From contig NC_020305.1 in assembly GCF_000341395.1 (NCBI RefSeq), positions 4,752 to 36,751 on the forward strand: a stretch of 32,000 bases of DNA. Reading direction: 5' to 3'. Position numbers and translations under genes: made by a program. This DNA comes from Desulfocapsa sulfexigens DSM 10523. GTDB lineage: Bacteria > Desulfobacterota > Desulfobulbia > Desulfobulbales > Desulfocapsaceae. The notes beneath the pieces were generated by a model. It worked only from the letters and a program-made list of their open reading frames with translations, did no database searches and was not told the DNA's origin. Below are positions 7,351 to 16,861 of this stretch, one piece after another (the first letter of the stretch is position 1; each line of letters begins with the position of its first letter).

Positions 7351-10035
7351 TTACGACTCGTTCGTATCGTGTGCAGGTTTAAGATTAAACCTGCCATGAT
7401 CGTGTTTGTAACACACTATTTCAGCACGTAATTGATCACCCGCATCAAACTCTTCAAGTAATAACGCGCCAGCATCTTTAAGTTTATTAAATTCAGAAAT
7501 GTGTATCAAGCCAGTGCCTTCAATACCAAATTCAACGAACAGGCCGTATTTCTTTATCCCTGTTACCTGGCAGTCAACTACTCTACCAGGAGGATATTTT
7601 TTTTGTAATGTTTCCGTATCAGAAGTACTACTTGCCTTCTCTTTTAGTTTTTGGACATATTCTTTTGGTTCTGTAATATTGCAAAAATCATGAATTCTCT
7701 CTTCTGCTAATATAGCTTCAGGGTTTGCCAGATAACTATCTTTATATTCTTCTAAGTAAGATAGCAAAACTGAGGCATTATCAACTGATGAAGAGTATGA
7801 CATGTGTCCTTTACCTTTACTCCCAATTAATCTATCTGCTATATCTTCCGCAATGCGTGCATCTTTAAACCATACATCTTCAGAACACGTTGAAAGGTAA
7901 TCTAAATTTATGAGTAAATCCAGATGGACATGTCCAGATGGAGCAATTGAAATAAGGTCATCAATTGAAAATTGATTGATGTTTTGAGACTCAGTTGATA
8001 TACATCCCGCCTTGATTAGTTCAGATATTTCATCAGATAACCTTCTTTCGTCATGCCCATATGCTACTAGTTCATTAATGATTGTCGCGGTTTTATGATA
8101 CCCAAGCATCCCGCTTGGACCTTTAGTTCGATATTTTTTCTTTAACCAAGATAAAACTGACAACCTCGCAAAAGGATCTGGTATTATATCTTCTGGAAAA
8201 GATGCAAAAATATTTTTAACGAGGCTGTTAGCATCATTGTAGTACCTTCTGTTCCCGCGAAAAAGAACCCTGGTAACGATATGCTTTGGTAAAACATAAT
8301 CACCCTTTGCATGCCTTATTTTAAATATCTGGTCTTCATGAATGTGTCCACTTTTGCAAAAATCAAGAAAAATTTCCAACCCTTTTCTGATATTTGACCC
8401 AGCAATTCCTGAAACTATTCGCCTAAAAAGTGCATCATTTTGGAATAGTGAACGCAAAATACAAGCTAAATAATATGCTTGTTCAGATTGTGGATATTCA
8501 ACTCGAAATCCATTTGGAAGAACATAGGACAATGAATTCTCTTTCTCCGTATCCATTTCAGCGAGAGCAAGTTTGACTCTCTTGTAAAGAACATCCATGA
8601 ATAGTGGCGCATCAATTCGGAAGACTAAATCTTTGATGACTGTATCTAGTGGTGGTTCTGTTCTGTGGTGATCATATGTGGTGTCACGGATAGGTAGAAA
8701 TACTAGACATCTACATGTTTTTTGGAGCCATTTCGCTACATCAAACATTAGCAATTGGTCGTCTCGATTCCGTTTGTCACTATTATCAAGTGACACAATT
8801 AATAACTTTTGTCTCTCAGCACAAAAATGGCGAATACATGCATTCATAGTTGCATCTGTATCACCTTGCACTCTGATCAACTCATCCGCCAAAAGGCTTT
8901 TATATTTGTCTGAATACTCGTCAAAATAGGCCCCAGCACCTTTTTTAATTTTATTAAGCTCAACACTATATAATTTTTCTAAAAAAGGTAGACTGTCGAA
9001 ATCAATATCAGCGTTATGGTTCCTGAATTCATTAATTATCTCATTCTCCAACCAAGAATAAATCACCCCTCTTGAAAGAGGTGCCAGATTCATATTAATG
9101 GATATCCACACAGTTGATTCTTTAATTTCTTCAGGTAAGGAGACTTCCCTTAGATAATCAATGAATGTTGATTTTCCGCTCCCAACACCTCCAATAAGAA
9201 CTAATAATTGGTGGTGAAGTTTGTCGTTTGGTGTAAGAGTTCTCAACAGTTCACTTGGGTCTGTCGTTGAAATTTGATGAGCATCTGTGATACTTGGCGG
9301 ATTTGCTGCGCGGATTATTTTGTCAATCGGATCTACATGTCTGAGGCGCCTTGTTGATTTTACATAAGCTTTCTTAACAATGTTTTTTCTTTCCTCCTCT
9401 GATTCAGGGTTGAACAAATGCCGATACTCAAGTGCCAAAGTATTACCAAACGAATTTAGCTTCACTTCCTCATTTCTTACTGATCGTCCTCCTATAATGT
9501 TTGTAGGTCTCTTAAATTGAACATTGCCTCTCAATTTTTTTTGTTCTACATCAGAGAATTTTTCTAAATTTACCTTACAACCAAATGTAATCAATTTTGC
9601 GAGATTTGGATGAGATGCGTCTATTTCAGTATTAGAAATTTCTAGTAATATTGAACTGTCATCCCATGAGCCACAAATTGTACGTAATGAATTCGTTGCG
9701 ATTAATTTCTGACAAGGATTAAAATGAGAAGGAAAAAGTGAATTTATTTCACCTGCATATAGCCTTGCTTCACGAATAGCCTCTTCAAGGTTGTTATCCT
9801 CTGGATGTTTTGCTTCAATTACAAGAACAGGAAGGCCGTGTAAGATAACTATATAGTCCGGATAGTATAGTTTTTTTGCCCTTCCCTTGTCTATTTCAAG
9901 CTGCCTAATATCTGGCTTGGTTCTAAAGTCGCATGAAGAGTATCCTAACCCAACAGGTTGACTATTAGTAAGTAGTGGAAGAATGAACTTCTGCTCGACA
10001 TCGCTTTCATTCTTTATATCTTTCTCAGAAATCAT
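7351..10035 (-). CDS. 894-aa multidomain protein: N-terminal PD-(D/E)xK nuclease (HsdR-N-like), central P-loop NTPase (STAND/NACHT-like), helical region, C-terminal S1 OB-fold
   Basis: YYPDYIVILHGLPVLVIEAK gives D60 and E74-x-K76. Walker A GGVGSGKST at aa 282-290. Walker B-like LLIVSLDNSD at aa 411-420. S1 signature GRVVDCQVTGIKKYGLFVEFGIEGTGLIHISEF...GDQLRAEIVCYKHDHGRFNL at the C-terminus. AT-rich and monocistronic. Confidence 0.9.
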   Translation of the reverse strand: MISEKDIKNESDVEQKFILPLLTNSQPVGLGYSSCDFRTKPDIRQLEIDKGRAKKLYYPDYIVILHGLPVLVIEAKHPEDNNLEEAIREARLYAGEINSLFPSHFNPCQKLIATNSLRTICGSWDDSSILLEISNTEIDASHPNLAKLITFGCKVNLEKFSDVEQKKLRGNVQFKRPTNIIGGRSVRNEEVKLNSFGNTLALEYRHLFNPESEEERKNIVKKAYVKSTRRLRHVDPIDKIIRAANPPSITDAHQISTTDPSELLRTLTPNDKLHHQLLVLIGGVGSGKSTFIDYLREVSLPEEIKESTVWISINMNLAPLSRGVIYSWLENEIINEFRNHNADIDFDSLPFLEKLYSVELNKIKKGAGAYFDEYSDKYKSLLADELIRVQGDTDATMNACIRHFCAERQKLLIVSLDNSDKRNRDDQLLMFDVAKWLQKTCRCLVFLPIRDTTYDHHRTEPPLDTVIKDLVFRIDAPLFMDVLYKRVKLALAEMDTEKENSLSYVLPNGFRVEYPQSEQAYYLACILRSLFQNDALFRRIVSGIAGSNIRKGLEIFLDFCKSGHIHEDQIFKIRHAKGDYVLPKHIVTRVLFRGNRRYYNDANSLVKNIFASFPEDIIPDPFARLSVLSWLKKKYRTKGPSGMLGYHKTATIINELVAYGHDERRLSDEISELIKAGCISTESQNINQFSIDDLISIAPSGHVHLDLLINLDYLSTCSEDVWFKDARIAEDIADRLIGSKGKGHMSYSSSVDNASVLLSYLEEYKDSYLANPEAILAEERIHDFCNITEPKEYVQKLKEKASSTSDTETLQKKYPPGRVVDCQVTGIKKYGLFVEFGIEGTGLIHISEFNKLKDAGALLLEEFDAGDQLRAEIVCYKHDHGRFNLKPAHDTNES

Positions 10036-10258
10036 TCAATTTCCCTCGATTAAGCCTATTAATTGTTCATTTGGCAGTTTCAAAGTATACTAGCAATACA
10101 GTCATATCCATATATTCACATACATATGCCACAACATTCGAAGTCAACATATTTCCAACTCTCTATTTTAATCCAAAACAAAGATATTGAGGATATAGAC
10201 TGAGTTGGTAATACGGAAATAATGAATTAATTATTCCACTAGTTACATATTCAAACAT

Positions 10259-11554
10259 TTAAACATCCTCCCCCAGCCGCTCCCCAATAAAAACAGCTAA
10301 CATCCCCTCAACCATTCCAGGGGTCACCCCTGCCTCATCATATCGTTTCAGCACAATCGTGTTGCCGGTCGCCACTAGGTTCTCGCGGAATTCAGCCAAA
10401 AAAGCTTCTCTCTCCCCTTCCCCCATGGATTCATACCGTGACATGGCAAGTTCCTGTTTCTGCCTTTTTTCGGCTTCCTGGCCATCTTCCTGCTGTTTTT
10501 TAGCTATCCTCTCCTGGATAACAGCTTTTTGCTGTACTTCATACTCCACTTCAATAATTGATTCCTGCGGCTTCCATCCCTCTTCAATGGCCTTCCTGGC
10601 AATGCCTCCGACACTCTCCACCTTCTGGCCGCGCTTTCGCACCTTGTTTATATATTCTCTTGCCATCTGCAAGGCCGCCTTAATGTGATCATGGCCGTAC
10701 TCTTCCACCAGCTCCTGTGCTTTTTTCTCGGGAGAAATACCGAACTCCATGATCAGAATATCTTCCATGGAGGTCTGCCCTCCCCTGTCACTTATTCCTG
10801 GAAGCTCCATCTGCTGATAGCGTTTATTTTTGCTCCAGGTAAACTCAATCTCCTGTACCTTCCGTCCCTTCTTGATCTGGATAAAATCAAATTGAACATC
10901 GGTCTTGGCGGCTATATCCTTTTTGGCTGGCAACAGAACTTTTGATTTAAAATGACCAAACAGCCGGTATGTTCCTTCGGGAATGGCCAGATATTCACGG
11001 AGCCAGGAAAGCTCAACTCTTGCAGATTTGCGGTGATCCACATTGGCAAGCCCCTGGTTGTACTTGATGAACTGATAAATTCGCAGGGAGTAGTGATTTC
11101 TTAGACGAATGACCGCCCTTGCTTCTCCAAGGGTGGTGAAATTACCTTTCAGGGCAAGAAGAAACGGTTTGAGGGTCGGGTCAAAGCGTAATTCAACACA
11201 CCCTTTCCCTGGGATAATAGAGGCGGAAGAGCACCAGGTGGTTTTGTCGATCCGGCCATCTGCCTTTTCATCCGGATTGATCCAGCGAATAACCTTCTTC
11301 AGCAGCCCTTCTGTGGCCTCATCAAAACGAGCATAGAGATCATTGCGGCTGCCCCCCATGATATTGCAGAGTTCCCTGATGGATATCCGGTAGGGCTTGA
11401 AATCCTTATCACCTCGTTGGATCAGCGACAGCATATAGAGCACCAACCGCTGTTCGTTAATCTTCAATTGCGGCCATTGTGCTTCTATGAGCAGATCATT
11501 AGAGGCAGCTATCAGACCACCGCCCTCTTCCTTTTTGATCACCTCGTCAGTCAA
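10259..11554 (-). CDS. Plasmid replication initiator, Rep_3/RepB family
   Basis: N-terminal NDLLIEAQWPQLKINEQRLVLYMLSLIQ pattern typical of Rep_3 initiators. TTG start per the ORF track. Iterons lie immediately upstream. Confidence 0.85.
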   Translation of the reverse strand: MTDEVIKKEEGGGLIAASNDLLIEAQWPQLKINEQRLVLYMLSLIQRGDKDFKPYRISIRELCNIMGGSRNDLYARFDEATEGLLKKVIRWINPDEKADGRIDKTTWCSSASIIPGKGCVELRFDPTLKPFLLALKGNFTTLGEARAVIRLRNHYSLRIYQFIKYNQGLANVDHRKSARVELSWLREYLAIPEGTYRLFGHFKSKVLLPAKKDIAAKTDVQFDFIQIKKGRKVQEIEFTWSKNKRYQQMELPGISDRGGQTSMEDILIMEFGISPEKKAQELVEEYGHDHIKAALQMAREYINKVRKRGQKVESVGGIARKAIEEGWKPQESIIEVEYEVQQKAVIQERIAKKQQEDGQEAEKRQKQELAMSRYESMGEGEREAFLAEFRENLVATGNTIVLKRYDEAGVTPGMVEGMLAVFIGERLGEDV

Positions 11555-11635
11555 AGCAATACACCCTATTTACTTGTTAATTGTATGATTCTACTGTATC
11601 AGTAACACTTAAATACCGATGCTATCACCTGTCAA

Positions 11636-11967
11636 GAAAATAGTGATAGTTAGTTTCTGCACATCCGAGAATGGTGATAGTTAAGAAAGAATCAGGGAGT
11701 AATTACCCTCCAATCATTACGCTAATGGGCACATCCGAGAATGGTGATAGTTCATCCGAATTCGGTGATAGTTGAGAAAGAGTAAAGCAAACAATGCCCC
11801 TGTAACCCTTACTGGCAAGTACTTTACTGCCTATGTGTTCTCAATATCCATTCCCCCGAGAATAGTGATAGTTCATCCGAGAATGGTGATAATAACTCCG
11901 AGTTTAGTGATAGTTCATCCGAGTTTGGTGATAGTTAGTCCGAGAATGGTGATAGTTTGAGCAAAAT
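11636..11967. repeat. Iteron array (oriV): about nine copies of TCCGAGAATGGTGATAGTT
   Basis: Copies at 11636-11651 (partial), 11664-11682, 11734-11752 and 11755-11773. Five tandem copies with 21-bp phasing follow at 11865-11883, 11886-11904, 11907-11925, 11928-11946 and 11949-11967. Confidence 0.9.
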
Positions 11968-12060
11968 ATTCTTTATTTTTCATGTAATTACGTCACCTGT
12001 AATAACAACAAATAATACAAATATAAAAACAACAACATGGTCGGCAAGCCGCCCGCTCTT
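11968..12060. other. AT-rich stretch flanking the iterons (candidate DNA-unwinding element)
   Basis: A/T-dominated run (aataacaacaaataatacaaatataaaaacaacaac) directly after the tandem iterons. Confidence 0.5.
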
Positions 12061-12106
12061 TTTGCTGTCTGTTTTTTTATTTTTATAAATCAACAAAGGA
12101 GAGACA

Positions 12107-12328
12107 ATGGGACCACTAGGGGAACAATGTAAAAGGTGCTATTTCTTTGAAGAAGATGATTCAAGTAAAGTGTTTGGTCTGGGAGTGTGTATGAGGTTTC
12201 CTCCAGCAACACCCCCAGAAAATGATTTACGTCGTCCTGATGAGCCTGAAGTAGGAAGACATCCCTGGCGGCCAACAGTTGTACATAGGGAGAGGTGGTG
12301 TGGCGAATACAAAATTGGTGATAAATGA
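12107..12328 (+). CDS. Small Cys-containing hypothetical protein (CxxC ... WCGEY)
   Basis: 73 aa. RBS AAGGAGAG. CKRC and the WCGEY motif are reminiscent of small conserved phage/plasmid proteins. Function unknown. Confidence 0.55.
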   Translation: MGPLGEQCKRCYFFEEDDSSKVFGLGVCMRFPPATPPENDLRRPDEPEVGRHPWRPTVVHRERWCGEYKIGDK

Positions 12329-12346
12329 TAATCTTGAACAGTATAG

Positions 12347-12865
12347 TCAATTAGTCCATCTCAGAACCTTCTTTCCCTGAGTAATAACATTCTCCAGCTT
12401 GAAGGAATCAGATCCAGCGCACCAGTCATGAGTTTTCTTCCCCCCGTTATATCCATCAACAGCCAGGCCATTCTTCACCAGGATGGCCCCCAGGTCTTTC
12501 CCGTCAAATTCTACGTCGGCAATGATCCTGAAATACTTCCCCCGGCCAACTTTGTGGAGATTGATCTGTTTTGCTGACCTAAGCAGAGAGCGAACCATTT
12601 TTTTAGCCTGTCGGGCTTTTTCCAGTTCAGCCGGACATCCTGCTTTCATTTCTGGAGTATCGATCCCCCTGATCCGGATCATCATGTCGCTACCTATGAT
12701 AGGATGAACTCCTGGAATGTTTACGGTGATAGTATCCCCATCATAGTTTTTCACATAATGTACGCCTTTAAAACTACCGTAAGTGTGATCCTTTTTTGCT
12801 CCGTTAACACTTATTGGTAGAAAAACGAGGGCTAATAGAAAACAAACAAACTTTACTGTGCGCAT
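12347..12865 (-). CDS. Secreted thermonuclease (staphylococcal nuclease, SNase) homolog
   Basis: Signal peptide MRTVKFVCFLLALVFLPISVNG. SNase motifs DGDTITV and IRIRGIDTPE. Confidence 0.85.
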   Translation of the reverse strand: MRTVKFVCFLLALVFLPISVNGAKKDHTYGSFKGVHYVKNYDGDTITVNIPGVHPIIGSDMMIRIRGIDTPEMKAGCPAELEKARQAKKMVRSLLRSAKQINLHKVGRGKYFRIIADVEFDGKDLGAILVKNGLAVDGYNGGKKTHDWCAGSDSFKLENVITQGKKVLRWTN

Positions 12866-12922
12866 ATATTATGTTACCATTTTAGTATAGATGTTTTAAA
12901 AAACCATCAAGAAGGGGCTCAA

Positions 12923-13360
12923 ATGAGACATTACAGCACGATTCTAAGGGAAGAAAGGGAAAAAGCCGATTTGTCACGAAGGGCTGTAGCGAAGGTTGCA
13001 GGTATCTCCGAGGGGCACTTGCGTTTTCTGGAAAGAGGGGATCGGGATACAAAACCGGCAACTCTTCGTAAGTTGGCCCTGGCTATCGGCATAGATGAGC
13101 GGGAGTTGATGGAGTCCTGGTTAAAGGAAAATATGCCGGCAATGGATTATTCCGATCTGGCTGCACGTCTTCCAAAAGGAATTGATGTGGCCCAGCTCGA
13201 AGAAATGTATCAGATTCCGGAGGCAAAACAGATTCTTCAGGAAGCGGAGCTGATCACGGCGAGTCAATTCAAGAATATCAGTGCCTCTGAGTTGTTCAGG
13301 ATCCGAGGGGCTCTCCGCAACTGCCTTGGTTTTATCCGTGAACTTGAGAACAACACGTAA
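12923..13360 (+). CDS. XRE-family helix-turn-helix transcriptional regulator
   Basis: LSRRAVAKVAGISEGHLRFLERGDR HTH_3 pattern. 145 aa. Confidence 0.8.
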   Translation: MRHYSTILREEREKADLSRRAVAKVAGISEGHLRFLERGDRDTKPATLRKLALAIGIDERELMESWLKENMPAMDYSDLAARLPKGIDVAQLEEMYQIPEAKQILQEAELITASQFKNISASELFRIRGALRNCLGFIRELENNT

Positions 13361-13474
13361 TAATTGATATTATTCTTGTTTGAAATGTATCATTATGTTA
13401 GGAAAAAGTTTGAATAAAGTGGCGTCCACATATAAGATATTGGAAGTCATTTTCATTGAAATGGAGAATTTTGA

Positions 13475-13735
13475 ATGAGTCAGGCATCGTCCCAGACAAA
13501 TTTTTGGGAACTTTTTATACGGCTGGAATTTAATGAAAGCGAAAGGCCCAAAGAAGGGTGGAAGGTTTTGGAGAGGACCCCTCAGGGCTTGAAGGAAATA
13601 ACAACCCGTCGCAACAAGGCCGTTAAGTTTAAACAGATAAAGGATCTATTCGCCTGGATCAAGGAAAACAGAACAGGGTATGCGGTCAATGTTAATTGCT
13701 TCGATTACGGAGGGCGGTTAACCCTTCGGCAATAA
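13475..13735 (+). CDS. Hypothetical protein
   Basis: 86 aa with RBS GGAGA. No recognisable motifs. Confidence 0.5.
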   Translation: MSQASSQTNFWELFIRLEFNESERPKEGWKVLERTPQGLKEITTRRNKAVKFKQIKDLFAWIKENRTGYAVNVNCFDYGGRLTLRQ

Positions 13736-13737
13736 AG

Positions 13738-13769
13738 AGAGGGGTGGTTGCTGGAACAACCACCCCTCT
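13738..13769 (+). other. Perfect 13-bp stem hairpin between the 86-aa ORF and the primase gene
   Basis: agaggggtggttg (13738-13750) pairs with caaccacccctct (13757-13769) around a 6-nt loop. No U-tract follows. Confidence 0.6.
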
Positions 13770-13781
13770 GAGGTTGTTCGA

Positions 13782-16760
13782 ATGAATGATTTTGAAGAGA
13801 TCAAGCGGGCTGCTGATCTAAAAGCAATCATTTTATCCGAAACGGGTCTCCAGATGGGAAAAAACCATCTGGAGTCATGTCCGTTTTGTGACGGCCATGA
13901 TTGCTTCAGTATAAACACGAAGAAGGAGCAGTACAAGTGTTTTCAGTGTGACACTGGCGGAGACATCTTTGATTTTATAGCAAAATATCATGGTGTTACT
14001 GAGCGTGAAGCCCTTCTCAAAGCTGCGGATCTGGTCGGCCACACCCTCTCTCAACACAAAAAGTCCGCAAGACTGAGCAAAAACGATAAACTTTTGCTCT
14101 CGGCTGCAGAATATTATCATCACCACATGCTGACCAACGGTGCCAAAAAGTACCTGATGGATCAGCGCGGCCATTCCATGGAAACCCTGGAACGTATGAA
14201 GGTGGGGTGGACTGATGGTAAGTTGCTTTTCAACCTGCAGGAACAGGGATTCACAATCGATGAAATCCTGGAATCAGGGCTGGCCCGGGCTGATAAAAAG
14301 AACCCCGGTCGCCACTATGATTTTTTCGGAAAAGGGCTGGCAATCTTCCCTCACTTCGAGAATGGCCGAGCCCTTCACTTCACCATTAAAGATCCCGAGA
14401 AAAAGCGGCCTTCCTACCAGCTCCCCGCAACACAGCGTCACAAGAAGTGGCGATTCTACAACCAGGATGCCCTTTTCAGATATGATGAATTGATTCTGGT
14501 TGAAGGGGAAAACGACACCCTTTCTGTCCTCGATTCAGGTGTCCGCCAGGTCATAGGGATGACTGGCCAGATATCGGAAGAGCAGATAAAGAGCCTGGCT
14601 GCACACTGCAAGAGCAAAAAACATCTCTACCTCTGGATGGACAACGACTTTGACCACTCAAAGCCGTATACAAAAGGGTATGGCTATATTCGCAAAATCT
14701 CCGAAAGCCTGCCGGGGGTTAATATCCGTATCTTTGTTTATCCTGGAAATTTCAATGATCCGGACGAATACCTGCAGCACCTCGCAAGAGACAAGCGCCG
14801 CAATGCAATCTGCCAGCTCCGCATAGAATCGGTTGATTATATCACCTGGGAAATTCTCCAGGCCGAAGCCAAAGCAACATTGGAAGATAAGGTTGAACAC
14901 CTCAATCAGTTCAACCTCTTTCAGCAGATCAGCCAGCGCTCCCACATCGAGCAACAGGTTTATATCGAGAAACTTGAGGAGTTGGGCCTCAACCTGAAAT
15001 CAATCCATCAGGAACTGGAAACCGGTGGCGGTCTTCGCCAGCGGATCACAGAATATCTGGAAAACCTCAATAGCAAACGGGATGCAAATCCAAACAGTAT
15101 TGCCGATCTGATCCACGATCATTTCAGCGATGGTGGTCGTTTTTTCAGGGATGATGACGACAAGGTTTATCTGATGTGGCATCACAATATCTATGAAGTG
15201 TCCACCAATCGTCCCTTCAATGCCCTTATCAAAAGAGAAACAGGGTTATTACCCACGGAGCAGCCGGGCCGCTCTGTCTGGGAGTCCCTTGCTTCAGAAG
15301 GGTATAATTCGGGACGGAAAATTGATCTCGGTGGGTGGTTGCACACGGATCGCGGTGCCGATACGGTTTATATCAACCTCAACAGCTCCAATAATATCAT
15401 CATAAAGATCACGCCGACGGCTATCGAAGAGATCCAGAATGGATTGAACCAGGATCATATTCTTTTGCAGAGTTCCAGCAAAATAAAACCATTCAACTAC
15501 CTGCCGGAAACAACTATTGAGGAGGCTGTCTCCGAATTGCGGAAGCTGCTTTTCGATAATCTCTCCTGCGAAACTACCCAAAAGTATCTCCTGCTCTGCT
15601 GGTTTATTTCAACTTTTGTTTCTGATTTCAGTCCCCATGTGGCCCCATTGCTGAAAGCTGCAGGGGAAACCGCCTCCGGCAAGACCACCGCTGCCAGGCT
15701 TCTCGAGTATCTTCTCTATGGTGATGAGCACCTGGGTGAAATATCCGTTGCTGGTGCCTATGCGGACGCCAGCCAGAACCCCATGCTGGTGATTGATAAC
15801 CTTGAAAATCAGGACATCAAACAGGAAATGCTCAAATTTCTACTTCTGGTGGCGACCAGGGGGAGCAAGGTCAAGAGGAAGGGCGGTACAGAATCTGGAG
15901 TTACCGAAGAGAGTCCGAAAGCCCTGGTCATGGTGACGGCCATCGAACCCTTTGTTAAATCCGAGCTCATAAACCGGACATTTGAAATCAGCTTTGCCAA
16001 ACAATATCACAATGAAGGGTTTATTGATGATGAAGTGACCCGGCAGATCCTCAAAAAACGAGACATCATTCTTTCCGGTCTGCTCAAGCTCATTCAAAAA
16101 GAAATCCTGCCCAACCTGAAAAAGAGAACTGCCTATATTACAGCCCTGAATGTCGATCATAAAGGCCACAGCAAGGATAGAATGAACGCTTATCTGGCCT
16201 TGATGATGCTTATTTTAGATAGAACCCTGAATTATTGGGATGTGGGGCTCCACTTAAAGGCACCTGATATCTGGCACAACTGGATAACCACCCAGGACCA
16301 GTTGGCCCGGGAACATGAAGTCAGCTCAAACGATATTCTAAAGCTGCTTGACGGCCTGATCCGGGAGTACCGGCTCCGGATGAACGAACAGGAACTCCGG
16401 CCCCAATGTGTTTACGGGTATGAGGAAGAAGTTTATCAGTATACCCACCCGGAATACGGCATATCAATCACCAGGACACTCCCTAAATTTATCGATGATA
16501 ACAGGGAACACACAGAGGCCTTTATTGAGTTTGAGGCCACCAGCAAAGATTTGACCTATGCCTTTACCCGTTTTTGCAAGAATAACGGATTGGCCAACCC
16601 CTATTCCTCAGCTGCTATTTTCGGTTCACGACTCAAGAATGACCGGAAATTATTAGTCAAGGGAGGCTGGGAGCTGGTTACAAAGGAGGACAATGGAACC
16701 TATTTCAAGGTTGTCAGAGGTCAAAGATATCTCAGATTTCGGCATCGTCTTATCAGATAA
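13782..16760 (+). CDS. DNA primase (CHC2 zinc finger plus TOPRIM) fused to a large C-terminal P-loop domain (primase-helicase-like)
   Basis: CPFCDGHDCFSINTKKEQYKCFQCDTGGDIFDF zinc finger. TOPRIM LILVEGENDTLSV and LWMDNDFD. Walker A GETASGKTT and Walker B-like MLVIDNLEN in the C-terminal half. Confidence 0.9.
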   Translation: MNDFEEIKRAADLKAIILSETGLQMGKNHLESCPFCDGHDCFSINTKKEQYKCFQCDTGGDIFDFIAKYHGVTEREALLKAADLVGHTLSQHKKSARLSKNDKLLLSAAEYYHHHMLTNGAKKYLMDQRGHSMETLERMKVGWTDGKLLFNLQEQGFTIDEILESGLARADKKNPGRHYDFFGKGLAIFPHFENGRALHFTIKDPEKKRPSYQLPATQRHKKWRFYNQDALFRYDELILVEGENDTLSVLDSGVRQVIGMTGQISEEQIKSLAAHCKSKKHLYLWMDNDFDHSKPYTKGYGYIRKISESLPGVNIRIFVYPGNFNDPDEYLQHLARDKRRNAICQLRIESVDYITWEILQAEAKATLEDKVEHLNQFNLFQQISQRSHIEQQVYIEKLEELGLNLKSIHQELETGGGLRQRITEYLENLNSKRDANPNSIADLIHDHFSDGGRFFRDDDDKVYLMWHHNIYEVSTNRPFNALIKRETGLLPTEQPGRSVWESLASEGYNSGRKIDLGGWLHTDRGADTVYINLNSSNNIIIKITPTAIEEIQNGLNQDHILLQSSSKIKPFNYLPETTIEEAVSELRKLLFDNLSCETTQKYLLLCWFISTFVSDFSPHVAPLLKAAGETASGKTTAARLLEYLLYGDEHLGEISVAGAYADASQNPMLVIDNLENQDIKQEMLKFLLLVATRGSKVKRKGGTESGVTEESPKALVMVTAIEPFVKSELINRTFEISFAKQYHNEGFIDDEVTRQILKKRDIILSGLLKLIQKEILPNLKKRTAYITALNVDHKGHSKDRMNAYLALMMLILDRTLNYWDVGLHLKAPDIWHNWITTQDQLAREHEVSSNDILKLLDGLIREYRLRMNEQELRPQCVYGYEEEVYQYTHPEYGISITRTLPKFIDDNREHTEAFIEFEATSKDLTYAFTRFCKNNGLANPYSSAAIFGSRLKNDRKLLVKGGWELVTKEDNGTYFKVVRGQRYLRFRHRLIR

Positions 16761-16861
16761 CAGGAAGGAGTGGTGGTTTGTGTTGCAGGGTCTTTTATTT
16801 TATTATGCAATGTCGCATAATGTTTGAAAGGGGTTGTGATAAGCCACTAAAAGGTGAGTGT

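Noticed and set aside
11772-11960. 62-aa ORF with a repetitive PRMVIV/PSLVIV sequence
   Set aside because: It is the translation of the tandem 21-bp iterons, which are in phase with the codon length. It is a repeat artefact, not a gene.
11636-11967. Possible CRISPR array
   Set aside because: The repeats are 19-21 bp and directly abutting (21-bp period), with no unique spacers. They sit upstream of a Rep_3 initiator, so they are iterons.
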